Assembly: GCA_001795615.1 (NCBI GenBank) | Contig: MGKI01000014.1 | Coordinates: forward strand, 5,380-69,379 | Source of the DNA: Candidatus Yanofskybacteria bacterium RIFCSPLOWO2_01_FULL_42_49 | GTDB taxonomy: Bacteria; Patescibacteriota; Minisyncoccia; 2-02-FULL-40-12; GWA2-44-9 | DNA: 64,000 nucleotides | Direction: 5' to 3' | Part shown: one piece after another, positions 55,837 to 64,000 of the stretch | How the letters are laid out: each line of letters opens with the position of its first letter | How positions within the stretch are numbered: the first letter of the stretch is position 1 | Made by a program: the position numbers and the translations under genes | Notes under the pieces: model-generated | Seen by the model: the letters and a program-made list of their open reading frames with translations, nothing else | The model's database searches: none | What the model was told of the DNA's origin: nothing

Positions 55837-56778
55837 ATGAGTAAAACCAAGGTTCTCATCTGTGGCGCAAACGGATTTATCGGACGCAATTTATTTGAAC
55901 ACTTTAATTCTGACGACGGATACGAAACCTACGGGACTTACTTTAAGAATAAGCCGAATGTTTTTAGTCCCAGGATATTCCAAGCTGACCTACGGGATAA
56001 AGATGAGGCATTACGGGCAACTCAAGGCATGGACATTGTAATTAATGCCGCGGCTTTGACTGACGGAATGGGGGCTTTTGATCCAACGACATATATTCCT
56101 CAAAACAGAGTGATAAACAATAACTTAATTGAAGCCGCTCACATAAATAGAGTAAAACACTTTATCTTTCTTAGCTGTACGGTGATGTATCCCTCAAGCG
56201 AAAGACCCCTGAAAGAAGATGAATATGATCTGAACAATGTCCATCCAAAATATAAAGAAGGCGCTCAAATGAAACTAGAGGGAGAGTGTTTGTGTTTGTC
56301 GTATGCTAATCTAGGAATTACAAAATATACTGCCATCCGCCATACAAATATTTACGGCCCTTATGATAAGTTTGACTTAAAACGCGGACATGTTCTGCCG
56401 GCCACCATCACAAAAGTGATGGAAGCAAAAGATAAAATCACAGTTTGGGGTAATGAAAAAGAATCAAGAGATTTTCTTTACATTGATGACCTAGCTAAGT
56501 TTATTGAGAAGGCCATTGAAAATCAGAAAAATAATTTTGAACTATTCAATGTTGGATATGGAAAAACATGTTCCGTAAATAAATTAGTCCAGAAAATAAT
56601 TTTCTGCTCGGGGAAAAAACTGGATGTCGTCCATGACCTCGAAAAACCTACGGTTGAAACACATATGAACATTGACGTAAAGAAAGCAAATAATGTTCTT
56701 GGCTGGAAAGCCGAAATCGGATTATCTGAAGGACTCGTTATTACACTGGATTGGTATCATAACCACTACCCGCGCTAA
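55837..56778 (+). CDS. NAD-dependent epimerase/dehydratase family protein (GDP-sugar epimerase/reductase-like)
   Basis: VLICGANGFIGRNLFEHF; the extended-SDR fold; ATG at 55837 follows AGAGGGG. Confidence 0.7.
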   Translation: MSKTKVLICGANGFIGRNLFEHFNSDDGYETYGTYFKNKPNVFSPRIFQADLRDKDEALRATQGMDIVINAAALTDGMGAFDPTTYIPQNRVINNNLIEAAHINRVKHFIFLSCTVMYPSSERPLKEDEYDLNNVHPKYKEGAQMKLEGECLCLSYANLGITKYTAIRHTNIYGPYDKFDLKRGHVLPATITKVMEAKDKITVWGNEKESRDFLYIDDLAKFIEKAIENQKNNFELFNVGYGKTCSVNKLVQKIIFCSGKKLDVVHDLEKPTVETHMNIDVKKANNVLGWKAEIGLSEGLVITLDWYHNHYPR

Positions 56779-56797
56779 GTGCGGGTTTTATTTTACA
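56768..56797 (+). terminator. intrinsic terminator
   Basis: acccgc-gctaagt-gcgggt followed by TTTTATTTT. Confidence 0.5.
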
Positions 56798-56848
56798 GAA
56801 TATAAAAAGTATGGTAGAAAAAGTCATTGTACTTTAAAAAGGGTGGCC

Positions 56849-57649
56849 ATGATAAATCCTTCATTCCTAATAACGGGAACATCGTCTGGTCTTGGACGCT
56901 ACCTATTGGAAGAACTACGGGGTACCCCATTCAATCGTAAAGACACGGAAAATGAGATAAGTAGTCATTCCAAAGATTATTATGACGCCATCATCCATTG
57001 CGCGGTTGACGCAAGGAATATCATCCCCCCTCATGAATTACTCGCCTATTATGAATCAAATGTAGAACTTACAAGAAAGTTGACTCAAATTCCTCATGGT
57101 CTATTTGTTTATATTTCATCGCCCGCTGTATATCCTAATCCCCTGCGCTTGAATAAAGAGACCGACATCCCCGATATTCCTGAAGTCGTATCGCCCGTTC
57201 ATCACACTTATTATCTTTACGGACTTTTTAAATTTCTTAGTGAGCAAATAGTATCAAAATACGCTAAGGATCATCTTGTTCTCCGTTGTGCTCATATTTT
57301 GGGCAGAACAAGCAGAGAATCGAGTAACGTAGTCAGAGTACTTAAGGATGATCGTAGCCAACTTACATTAAGCGCTGATACTACTTTCAGTTTCGTAAGT
57401 ATGGAACAGCTGAAAAAATTCATTGAATTGGCATTGACAAAAAACATCACCGGCATATTCAACGCGGGTTCTAGCCAATACTTGACTCTTGGAGAGATAG
57501 CCAGAGCGGTCAACAGTAAGCCCAATTTTGGAAAATTTGTCCATAATGTACACAAAATAGATACTACTAAGATCAGGGGGGTTTCAGCAGAGTTTAATAA
57601 AGGATCCCTTGAATTAGCCATGGAAACCGCCAAGGAACTACGAAGTTGA
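56849..57649 (+). CDS. atypical SDR / NAD(P)-dependent sugar-nucleotide reductase-like protein (RmlD-like)
   Basis: FLITGTSSGLGRYLLEEL Rossmann motif and a 266-aa length; start at ATG 56849 after AAAGGG. Confidence 0.5.
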   Translation: MINPSFLITGTSSGLGRYLLEELRGTPFNRKDTENEISSHSKDYYDAIIHCAVDARNIIPPHELLAYYESNVELTRKLTQIPHGLFVYISSPAVYPNPLRLNKETDIPDIPEVVSPVHHTYYLYGLFKFLSEQIVSKYAKDHLVLRCAHILGRTSRESSNVVRVLKDDRSQLTLSADTTFSFVSMEQLKKFIELALTKNITGIFNAGSSQYLTLGEIARAVNSKPNFGKFVHNVHKIDTTKIRGVSAEFNKGSLELAMETAKELRS

Positions 57650-57706
57650 CACAGGATTACAAATGCCTTAAGTTGATATCTAGCACATTAAACAAAAGAG
57701 CAACAA

Positions 57707-58498
57707 ATGTTTGACAGGCCTATTGAACTTACTCCTGAACAAATAAGGCTTTACGACGACAAGGGATATTTGGTCGTAGAAAACATTTTTAGTAGCGAAG
57801 AATGTGAAGATGCAATAGCAATATTTGAGCGACACGCAAGATTAGCGGGAGATATAGAATTTAAGGGCGTAATGAACCTCGACAGACCTGAAGAGTGGAC
57901 CCATGTTTATAAACCTAACGAAAAGCATGTCCATCAATATGTAAGACATGTCCTTCTAAAGCATCCTGCCATTGTGACAATACTAGAGATCCTCCAGAGA
58001 ACGGAGCCGGGCGGAGTGGTTTTAATGCAAAGCATGTTCCTGTATAAAAAGGCTCGATCTCTCTATAATGAACAGGCCTGGAACCCTCATCAAGATGGAA
58101 TATATCATGGCTCGCCCGTAGGCGGGACATTAACGGCAAATATAGTCCTTACCGATCAAGATAAAGAAAATGGCGGTATGTTCATTTATCCCGGCTCTCA
58201 TAAAGAAGGATTTCTTGAACCGGAAAAAAAGAAAAGTTTCCACGAAGGCCGTGGCAACAGGCCGGGGCATGATCTTAGCAATCATCCGATCTTTAAAGAA
58301 AAATATTCCGGTAAAGAAATTGATCTTATAATGAAGGCCGGTTCTGTTCTATTCCTTCATGGTTGCGTTATCCATGGATCATATTCAAATAGATCAGAAA
58401 ATCGGGATCGGCCAATGCTTCTAAGCCCTTACAAGACCCAAGGTCTGTCCTTTATTTCCGGTGAAAAGGGTAAGCGAATGGAAATACCGATAAGATAG
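57707..58498 (+). CDS. phytanoyl-CoA dioxygenase (PhyH) family Fe(II)/2-oxoglutarate oxygenase
   Basis: PhyH-like N-terminus (LTPEQIRLYDDKGYLVVENIFS) and iron-binding HQD...H pattern (WNPHQDG...HGCVIHGS). Confidence 0.75.
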   Translation: MFDRPIELTPEQIRLYDDKGYLVVENIFSSEECEDAIAIFERHARLAGDIEFKGVMNLDRPEEWTHVYKPNEKHVHQYVRHVLLKHPAIVTILEILQRTEPGGVVLMQSMFLYKKARSLYNEQAWNPHQDGIYHGSPVGGTLTANIVLTDQDKENGGMFIYPGSHKEGFLEPEKKKSFHEGRGNRPGHDLSNHPIFKEKYSGKEIDLIMKAGSVLFLHGCVIHGSYSNRSENRDRPMLLSPYKTQGLSFISGEKGKRMEIPIR

Positions 58499-58514
58499 AC
58501 AATAGAAGTACACA

Positions 58515-58545
58515 AAAACGGCGTTAGCCGTTTTTTATTTCTATG
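58515..58545 (+). terminator. intrinsic terminator
   Basis: aaacggc-gtta-gccgttt followed by TTTTATTT. Confidence 0.5.
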
Positions 58546-58604
58546 GACATTTTTGTATAATATGATATTATAATTTCAGTTTTTGTACTTTTACAAGGAG
58601 GAGC

Positions 58605-60482
58605 GTGGCAATCAATTTACTGGCAAGACCTCCATCAGAATCGCAAATTTTGATAGCAGAAAAGATCAAGAAAAAACTGCCCAACGGCTGCAGAAAAATT
58701 CTATTGGTTATGCCGCCCAATGTCCCTGAAGAGGATTGGGATCCGGAAGTGGCCGGCAATAACAGATATCCGGTATATGACCCTTACGGCTTAGGCGTTC
58801 TCGCCGCCTGCGCCGATTTAAGAAGTTATGAGACGAATATTATTGATCTTAATTTTATGCTTCAAGATAATTTTAAGAGTGGCCGGGGAAATTTCCAATA
58901 TGAATATTGGAAAAAGTGGCTCAAGCAAAAAATGGAAGAATTCAAGCCCGATATGGTTGGCATAACCTGTATGTTCACCATTTACCATCGTTCAATGGTC
59001 AGAGTTGCCGAGTTCGTCAAAGAATACAACTCAAACATAGTCGTCATTGCCGGCGGCGTCCATACGACTATGGCCTCAACTGACGTTATATCAGCTCCCG
59101 GCCAACTTGTCCTTGAAGATTGCAAAGCGATAGATTTTGTCGGCCTATACGAGTGCGAGAACAGTTTCCCTGATTTTCTTGATATAGCAAACGGTAAATT
59201 GAATCCTGAAAGTATGACCCAAATTGCCACCCTCATAAACGATCAATATACGGGAATTTTAAAAAGGGCGGAACCAAAACAAGAAATATTGAATATCGCT
59301 CCAAATTATCATAACCTGCCGATCGAAAGATACAGTTCTATCGGAAGAATAGGCACTTTCTACTGGCTATTCAAGCCCGCAACAAGAGCCGGAACAATCC
59401 GTTTCAATTATGGCTGTCGGGCTCATTGCAGATTCTGTTCCGTAGAAAAAATAACCGGCAAAGGCATCGTATTAAAAAGAGACGTGGACGTAGTTCTAGA
59501 CCAACTTGAGCGCTTAAAAGACATGTATGGGATTAGCCATGTGATGTTTCTGGATGACGACATATTCAACGGAGAAGAAAGAACCGTAGCGCTTTTTGAG
59601 GGCTGGGCAAAAAGAAAGTTAAATATCACATGGGATGCTTCAAATGGTGTTATCGCTTCAGCGTTGACGCCTGAGATCGCGCATGCCGCGTCAGAATCAG
59701 GATGCATCGCTTTAAGTTTCGGCATTGAATCAGGAAATCCGGAAGTGTTAAGAAATATACCAAAACCAAGCGGAGTTAAGCATTATCTGCGTGCCGGAGA
59801 AATAATGAAAAAACATCCAGAGATATTCACTAAAGGATTACTGATGGTCGGTTTTCCGCCCGAACCGGAAAGAAATTTTCCCGGGGAATCGATCGGAATG
59901 ATCTGGGATACCATTAACCTTGCCAAACAAATGGATTTGGACTGGTACACCATATCACCCCTCAACCTTATCCCCGGCGTGGAGATTACAAATCACGCGA
60001 TAGTTCGAGGCGAGATAACAAAACAGGGATTAATTGACGGCTCGGAAAGACCAATCGTTAATTCAACCGGTCAACAAGCTCTAAGGGCCAGACGCGAAAA
60101 AGAAAGTGCCCTGCCGTTCGTTGACCATCTCGCCGGAGATCCAAACGGAATTCCAGCCAGAGAAGATCTTATTGATATTTGGTTTGTTATGGATTACAAG
60201 GTCAACTATGAAAAAATGTGGCATTTGGAAAATCCCTTAAAAATAGAAATGCTGCATAAATTATTCGTCAACATGTGTGACAAAACCCATAAAGAAAATG
60301 CCCTGGGAAATCTGTATTTTGCTCTCTTGGAGCATGAACGCAATGACAGAACACAGGCAAGTTATCGTTTAAATTTAGCCGAAGAGTTTGCAAGAGATAA
60401 TGATTACTGGAGAGTAAGGTTCCCGAAAATGGGATTTGATAAATTAGCCGCTGATCTGCGACAAATGATAAATGGGGCTTAA
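58605..60482 (+). CDS. class B radical SAM enzyme (cobalamin-binding domain + radical SAM), 625 aa
   Basis: B12-binding domain (VIAGGVHTT); radical SAM cluster CRAHCRFC; SPASM-lacking C-terminal extension. Confidence 0.8.
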   Translation: MAINLLARPPSESQILIAEKIKKKLPNGCRKILLVMPPNVPEEDWDPEVAGNNRYPVYDPYGLGVLAACADLRSYETNIIDLNFMLQDNFKSGRGNFQYEYWKKWLKQKMEEFKPDMVGITCMFTIYHRSMVRVAEFVKEYNSNIVVIAGGVHTTMASTDVISAPGQLVLEDCKAIDFVGLYECENSFPDFLDIANGKLNPESMTQIATLINDQYTGILKRAEPKQEILNIAPNYHNLPIERYSSIGRIGTFYWLFKPATRAGTIRFNYGCRAHCRFCSVEKITGKGIVLKRDVDVVLDQLERLKDMYGISHVMFLDDDIFNGEERTVALFEGWAKRKLNITWDASNGVIASALTPEIAHAASESGCIALSFGIESGNPEVLRNIPKPSGVKHYLRAGEIMKKHPEIFTKGLLMVGFPPEPERNFPGESIGMIWDTINLAKQMDLDWYTISPLNLIPGVEITNHAIVRGEITKQGLIDGSERPIVNSTGQQALRARREKESALPFVDHLAGDPNGIPAREDLIDIWFVMDYKVNYEKMWHLENPLKIEMLHKLFVNMCDKTHKENALGNLYFALLEHERNDRTQASYRLNLAEEFARDNDYWRVRFPKMGFDKLAADLRQMINGA

Positions 60483-60561
60483 CGCTCCATTTTTTTATTT
60501 ATTTGCTAAAAAATGCATTTTAGTGTATAAAATTAGCATTGAACTTTAAAAATGAGGCGCT

Positions 60562-62691
60562 ATGACAGGGTCTAAGATGCTCAAAGTCATTCAGCCGAAT
60601 GAAAGTCCGCCGTATCCGATAGCAACTAAACCTCCGCCCAGAAAAATAAAGATAGGGCCGATCCAGCTTAACAACAGTTTCTCTGGACAGTGCTATTTAC
60701 CCCTTTCGGTTGGAATGCTGCAGGCCTATGCCCAAAAGCATTTATCTTATGCCGATCATTATGAATTCCTGTTGGCCGTTTATGACTTCGCGCCGATTTC
60801 TAAAATCGTAGACCAGCTAAGCAATGCCGATGTTTTGGCTATAAGTTTATATGTCTGGAATTTTGAGAATTCAATGGCTATCGCCAGAGAGTTCAAGAGT
60901 CGTTATCCGGACAGGTTGGTGATAGTGGGAGGGCCGCATGTGCCGGACAGCAAAAAACAATTTGCGAGAATAAAGAAAACCGACCCTAAGCCGGATGAGT
61001 TGAAGCGCAAAAGAATGGGGATGACCGAAAAATTTCACAGAGACCATCCTTATATTGACATAGCCGTACACGGCGAAGGTGAAAAAGTATTTAGATACAT
61101 ACTGGAACAACTGGCAATTGACGGCTTGAGAGATAAAACAAAACTGCCCTCAGTAAGTTATCTTGAGCATGACGGGGTATTCCATCACAACCCCAAACTC
61201 GAACGGATGCATGACCTATCCGAAGTACCGTCTCCGTATCTGGAAGGCGTATTTAACCCCCTCATGGATGCCCATCTCGACCAAAAATGGATTGCAATGT
61301 GGGAAACCGACCGGGGTTGTCCATATCAGTGCACTTATTGCGATTGGGGCGGAGCCACCGAAGACAAAGTCAATCCATTTCCCTTCGACAGAGTATCCCG
61401 AGAAGCCGTTTGGTTCGGCAAACATAAAATACCTTATATTTTTCTGGCCAATGCTAATTTCACTATTCTAAAAATAGATGTTGAAATAGCAAGAAAATTA
61501 GCCGAGGTTAAGGCAACATATGGTTACCCTGAAGGTATATCCGTTCAGAACGCCAAAAACCCCAAACCCCATGCCTTTGAGGCTCTGACTATCCTTGAAG
61601 AAGCCGGACTGAACAAAGCCACTGTTATGTCCATTCAATCTAAGAATTATGATACGCTAAAAGCGGTCCGCAGAGAAAACATGAAACCAGGAGAATATAA
61701 GGAAATCCAAAGTAGATTAAGAGAAAAGGGTGTTTACACAATGACTGATTACATTCTTCCTATGCCAATGGAAACATATGACAGCTTGCTAAATGGAATT
61801 GCCGCTATTATATCAGAGGGTCAACATGATAGGATTCAATTCAACAATTTGTCTATATTGCCAAACGCTGAAATGGGCGATCCAGAATATCAAGAACTTT
61901 ACGGAATGGATATGGTCAGAACGTCAATAACCAATATTCACGGCAAGAAAAGCGATTCCGTCAGTGGCGTTGAAGAAATGCAGGACTTGGTCATCGCGAC
62001 CAATACCATGCCCCGCGAAGAATGGGTCAAAGCCAGGACATTATGCTACGTGGTCGCGTTTACTTACTTCAACAAGCTTCTCCAGATACCGACAATGATT
62101 CTGCATGAGGTCTACGATATTCCTTATCGAGATATTTTTGAAACATTGATGGAAAAGCCGAAGCAAACTGACAACTTTCCAGTTTTTCGGGAAATATTGG
62201 ACTTCTTTCACTCTTTCTCACGAGGTATGCAAGACGGAACGCAGGAAGAATTCTTCCACTCTTCGGAATGTCTGGATATATTGTGGCCACCAGATGAGTA
62301 CGCGTTGATTAAATTATGCCGAGAAAACAAGCTTATAGAATTTTATAAAGAAGCGGAACAAATGTTAAAGCAACTTGTGGAACCGAATAAACAAGTAGAG
62401 CCCCTCATTGAAGCCGTGAAACTCAACCAGTCGCTTATCAAATTACCATTCCAGACCAATGACTTAGAAATAAATCTATCATACAATATTTGGGAAATAT
62501 ATCAAGCCGCTCGTCTGGAGAAGAAAATTAAACTGAAACAAGAGAGCCATCGACATACTATCGACCGAACCAGCGAACATTGGGATTCGTGGGAAGAGTG
62601 GTATGAAAAAATGGTCTGGTGGTGTAATCGCCGAGGCGCCTATCTTTACGGAAATAAAAATCCTGTTCCAGACATTGAAGGACATCACTAA
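60562..62691 (+). CDS. class B radical SAM enzyme (cobalamin-binding domain + radical SAM), 709 aa
   Basis: B12-binding domain (LVIVGGPHVPD); radical SAM cluster CPYQCTYC; long C-terminal extension. Confidence 0.8.
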   Translation: MTGSKMLKVIQPNESPPYPIATKPPPRKIKIGPIQLNNSFSGQCYLPLSVGMLQAYAQKHLSYADHYEFLLAVYDFAPISKIVDQLSNADVLAISLYVWNFENSMAIAREFKSRYPDRLVIVGGPHVPDSKKQFARIKKTDPKPDELKRKRMGMTEKFHRDHPYIDIAVHGEGEKVFRYILEQLAIDGLRDKTKLPSVSYLEHDGVFHHNPKLERMHDLSEVPSPYLEGVFNPLMDAHLDQKWIAMWETDRGCPYQCTYCDWGGATEDKVNPFPFDRVSREAVWFGKHKIPYIFLANANFTILKIDVEIARKLAEVKATYGYPEGISVQNAKNPKPHAFEALTILEEAGLNKATVMSIQSKNYDTLKAVRRENMKPGEYKEIQSRLREKGVYTMTDYILPMPMETYDSLLNGIAAIISEGQHDRIQFNNLSILPNAEMGDPEYQELYGMDMVRTSITNIHGKKSDSVSGVEEMQDLVIATNTMPREEWVKARTLCYVVAFTYFNKLLQIPTMILHEVYDIPYRDIFETLMEKPKQTDNFPVFREILDFFHSFSRGMQDGTQEEFFHSSECLDILWPPDEYALIKLCRENKLIEFYKEAEQMLKQLVEPNKQVEPLIEAVKLNQSLIKLPFQTNDLEINLSYNIWEIYQAARLEKKIKLKQESHRHTIDRTSEHWDSWEEWYEKMVWWCNRRGAYLYGNKNPVPDIEGHH

Positions 62692-62728
62692 AAAGTTTAA
62701 AGCTTAAAATTAAAAGTTAAAAGTTTAC

Positions 62729-62754
62729 GACACCGCCGAAAGCGGTGTTTTTGA
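62729..62754 (+). terminator. intrinsic terminator
   Basis: acaccgc-cgaaa-gcggtgt followed by TTTTT. Confidence 0.55.
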
Positions 62755-62822
62755 CAAAAAACAAAAGATAATTTAATATAGCACCAACATAAAGCAGTTT
62801 TTTAAAAATAAGGAGCGATAAT

Positions 62823-63635
62823 ATGTATCCAGACCTAAGAGGAAGAACGGCTCTGGTAACCGGAAGTTCTGACGGAATAGGAGCCGAAATTGCTTTACGT
62901 TTATCCATAGAGGAAGTCGAGGTTATCGTTCATGGAAAAAATCCAGAAAAAGTAGAAAGAATATGTAGTAAAATTAGGGAAGCAAGCTCAAATAAAAGCC
63001 GAGTACACCAATTCGTTGCCGATGCTACTAAACCGGAACAAATAAGCCGTTTCTTTGAAACAAAAATGCCCCAAATCGGTAAATTGGATATTTTGGTTAA
63101 CAATATCGGCGGCATACCGGGGATAAAAACATTTGAAAAAGTAAGCGATGAAGAGTGGTACGACACCTTTACCCTTAACGTGATGGCCCCCGTAAGGTTT
63201 ACTCGTTTGGCTTTGCCATATCTAAAAAGATCAGCTCAGGCCAGAATTATTAACTTGGGAAGCGCAGCGTCAATGCAGCCCGGAGTAAATAATCCGCATT
63301 ATCTTGCGGCCAAGACGGGACTAGTCAATTTAAACAAGTATCTTTCCAACGATCTCGCTAAATATAATATTTTGGTCAACATGGTTTGCCCCCATACTAT
63401 AAAAGGCGGAGCTTGGTTTAGAGACATAAGAAATATTACTAACAACACGGGCGTTTCTTTGGAACAAGCAGCTCAACAACTTGAAAATTCCGTAAAGATT
63501 AAGGTTCCTCTTAACCGTGTGGGGACGATGGAAGAAGTGGCCAACTTAGTTATCTTCTTGGCTTCAAACTCAGCCTCCTTTATAAACGGCGAGTGTATCT
63601 TTGTCGATGGCGGAACTAAAAGGTCAATTTTTTAG
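62823..63635 (+). CDS. classical short-chain dehydrogenase/reductase (paralog of the 55026 SDR)
   Basis: ALVTGSSDGIGAEIA, NNIGG, YLAAK; similar length and motif spacing to the 55026 SDR. Confidence 0.8.
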   Translation: MYPDLRGRTALVTGSSDGIGAEIALRLSIEEVEVIVHGKNPEKVERICSKIREASSNKSRVHQFVADATKPEQISRFFETKMPQIGKLDILVNNIGGIPGIKTFEKVSDEEWYDTFTLNVMAPVRFTRLALPYLKRSAQARIINLGSAASMQPGVNNPHYLAAKTGLVNLNKYLSNDLAKYNILVNMVCPHTIKGGAWFRDIRNITNNTGVSLEQAAQQLENSVKIKVPLNRVGTMEEVANLVIFLASNSASFINGECIFVDGGTKRSIF

Positions 63636-63646
63636 GAAAAATTATA

Positions 63647-64000
63647 TGGCAAAAAAACGCCTTAAAAAAGAGAAGTTTTTAATCTTGATCTGCGGATTGC
63701 CAAGTACCGGTAAAACTACTCTCGCCAAAAAGTTAGCCGGACAAATTAACCAGTATATTTTAATTTCCCAAAATGATATCCGGAGGAAAATGGGCATAAA
63801 GCGTATGCCTAAGACTCAAGAAAAAGTTCTAAGAGCCATAGATCGCTTAATTGCCGAAAATCTTCTCTCCGGTCTGGGGGTAATTTGTGAAAGCGTCAAT
63901 CGTTGCAGTTTTCGACGGCAACAAATCTACGGGGTAGCTTCCGGCTGTGGCCGGCGGGTGATCACTTTGGAAATAGTTTGTTCTGAAGAAACAGCTAAAA
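63647..64000 (+). CDS. P-loop NTPase / nucleotide-kinase-like protein, 3' end truncated by the window edge
   Basis: Walker A CGLPSTGKTT near the N-terminus; the frame is open to the window end. Confidence 0.45.

Noticed and set aside
1-64000. tRNA/rRNA/tmRNA genes
   Set aside because: I scanned intergenic regions for T-loop-like GGTTCGAATCC / GTTCGA motifs and cloverleaf-compatible 70-90-nt GC-rich segments and found none. The only structured candidate (35583-35695) lacks tRNA features.

Overview
The window is 64 kb of low-GC (~40-45%) bacterial DNA and is almost entirely coding. Gene content (orphan pyrF and purD-like genes, overlapping genes, and an enlarged SecA carrying low-complexity insertions) suggests an uncultivated small-genome lineage such as CPR/Patescibacteria; that assignment is inference only.

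Gene content by block:
- 1-15 kb, mostly minus strand: housekeeping genes. These are a truncated HTH protein with a sigma-70 region-4-like N-terminus, secF, secD, an unusually GC-rich SPFH lipoprotein, three nuclease/JAB genes (TM0106 RecB-like nuclease, Cas4-like PD-(D/E)XK nuclease, JAB/MPN), an M32 carboxypeptidase, a cytidylyltransferase-phosphoesterase fusion, pyrF, a 979-aa secA, two small unknown ORFs, and hpf.
- 15-20 kb: an orphan PurD-like ATP-grasp gene, an HExxH protein, a DUF2156-like transferase and a secreted HExxH protease.
- 20-64 kb: a very large surface-glycan locus. It has an assembly module (sugar dehydrogenase, initiating phosphotransferase, GT2, Wzx flippase, two GT-C enzymes, an SGNH hydrolase, a NodU carbamoyltransferase). 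It has GDP-sugar genes (gmd, fcl, a second Fcl-like gene, a GMD-like gene, a ColD-like PMP dehydratase in which His replaces the active-site Lys). It has heptose genes (gmhA, gmhB, an HddA-like GHMP kinase, an RfaE-II-like nucleotidyltransferase). It also has four class-B (B12-binding) radical SAM enzymes, a fused transketolase, a fused TPP E1 alpha-beta enzyme, a PhyH dioxygenase, three classical SDRs, several extended SDR epimerase/reductases, two Nudix hydrolases, a cupin, DJ-1/PfpI, HAD, an MsbA-like ABC exporter and a large unknown membrane protein.

The most unusual features:
1. The multi-radical-SAM / transketolase / TPP nucleotide-sugar tailoring system.
2. A family of short GC-rich (near-)palindromes plus AT-rich heptamer repeats. 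They occur between genes and also in-frame inside secA, secD and hpf, which resembles Rickettsia palindromic elements.

No CRISPR array, tRNA, rRNA, integrase or transposase was recognised.
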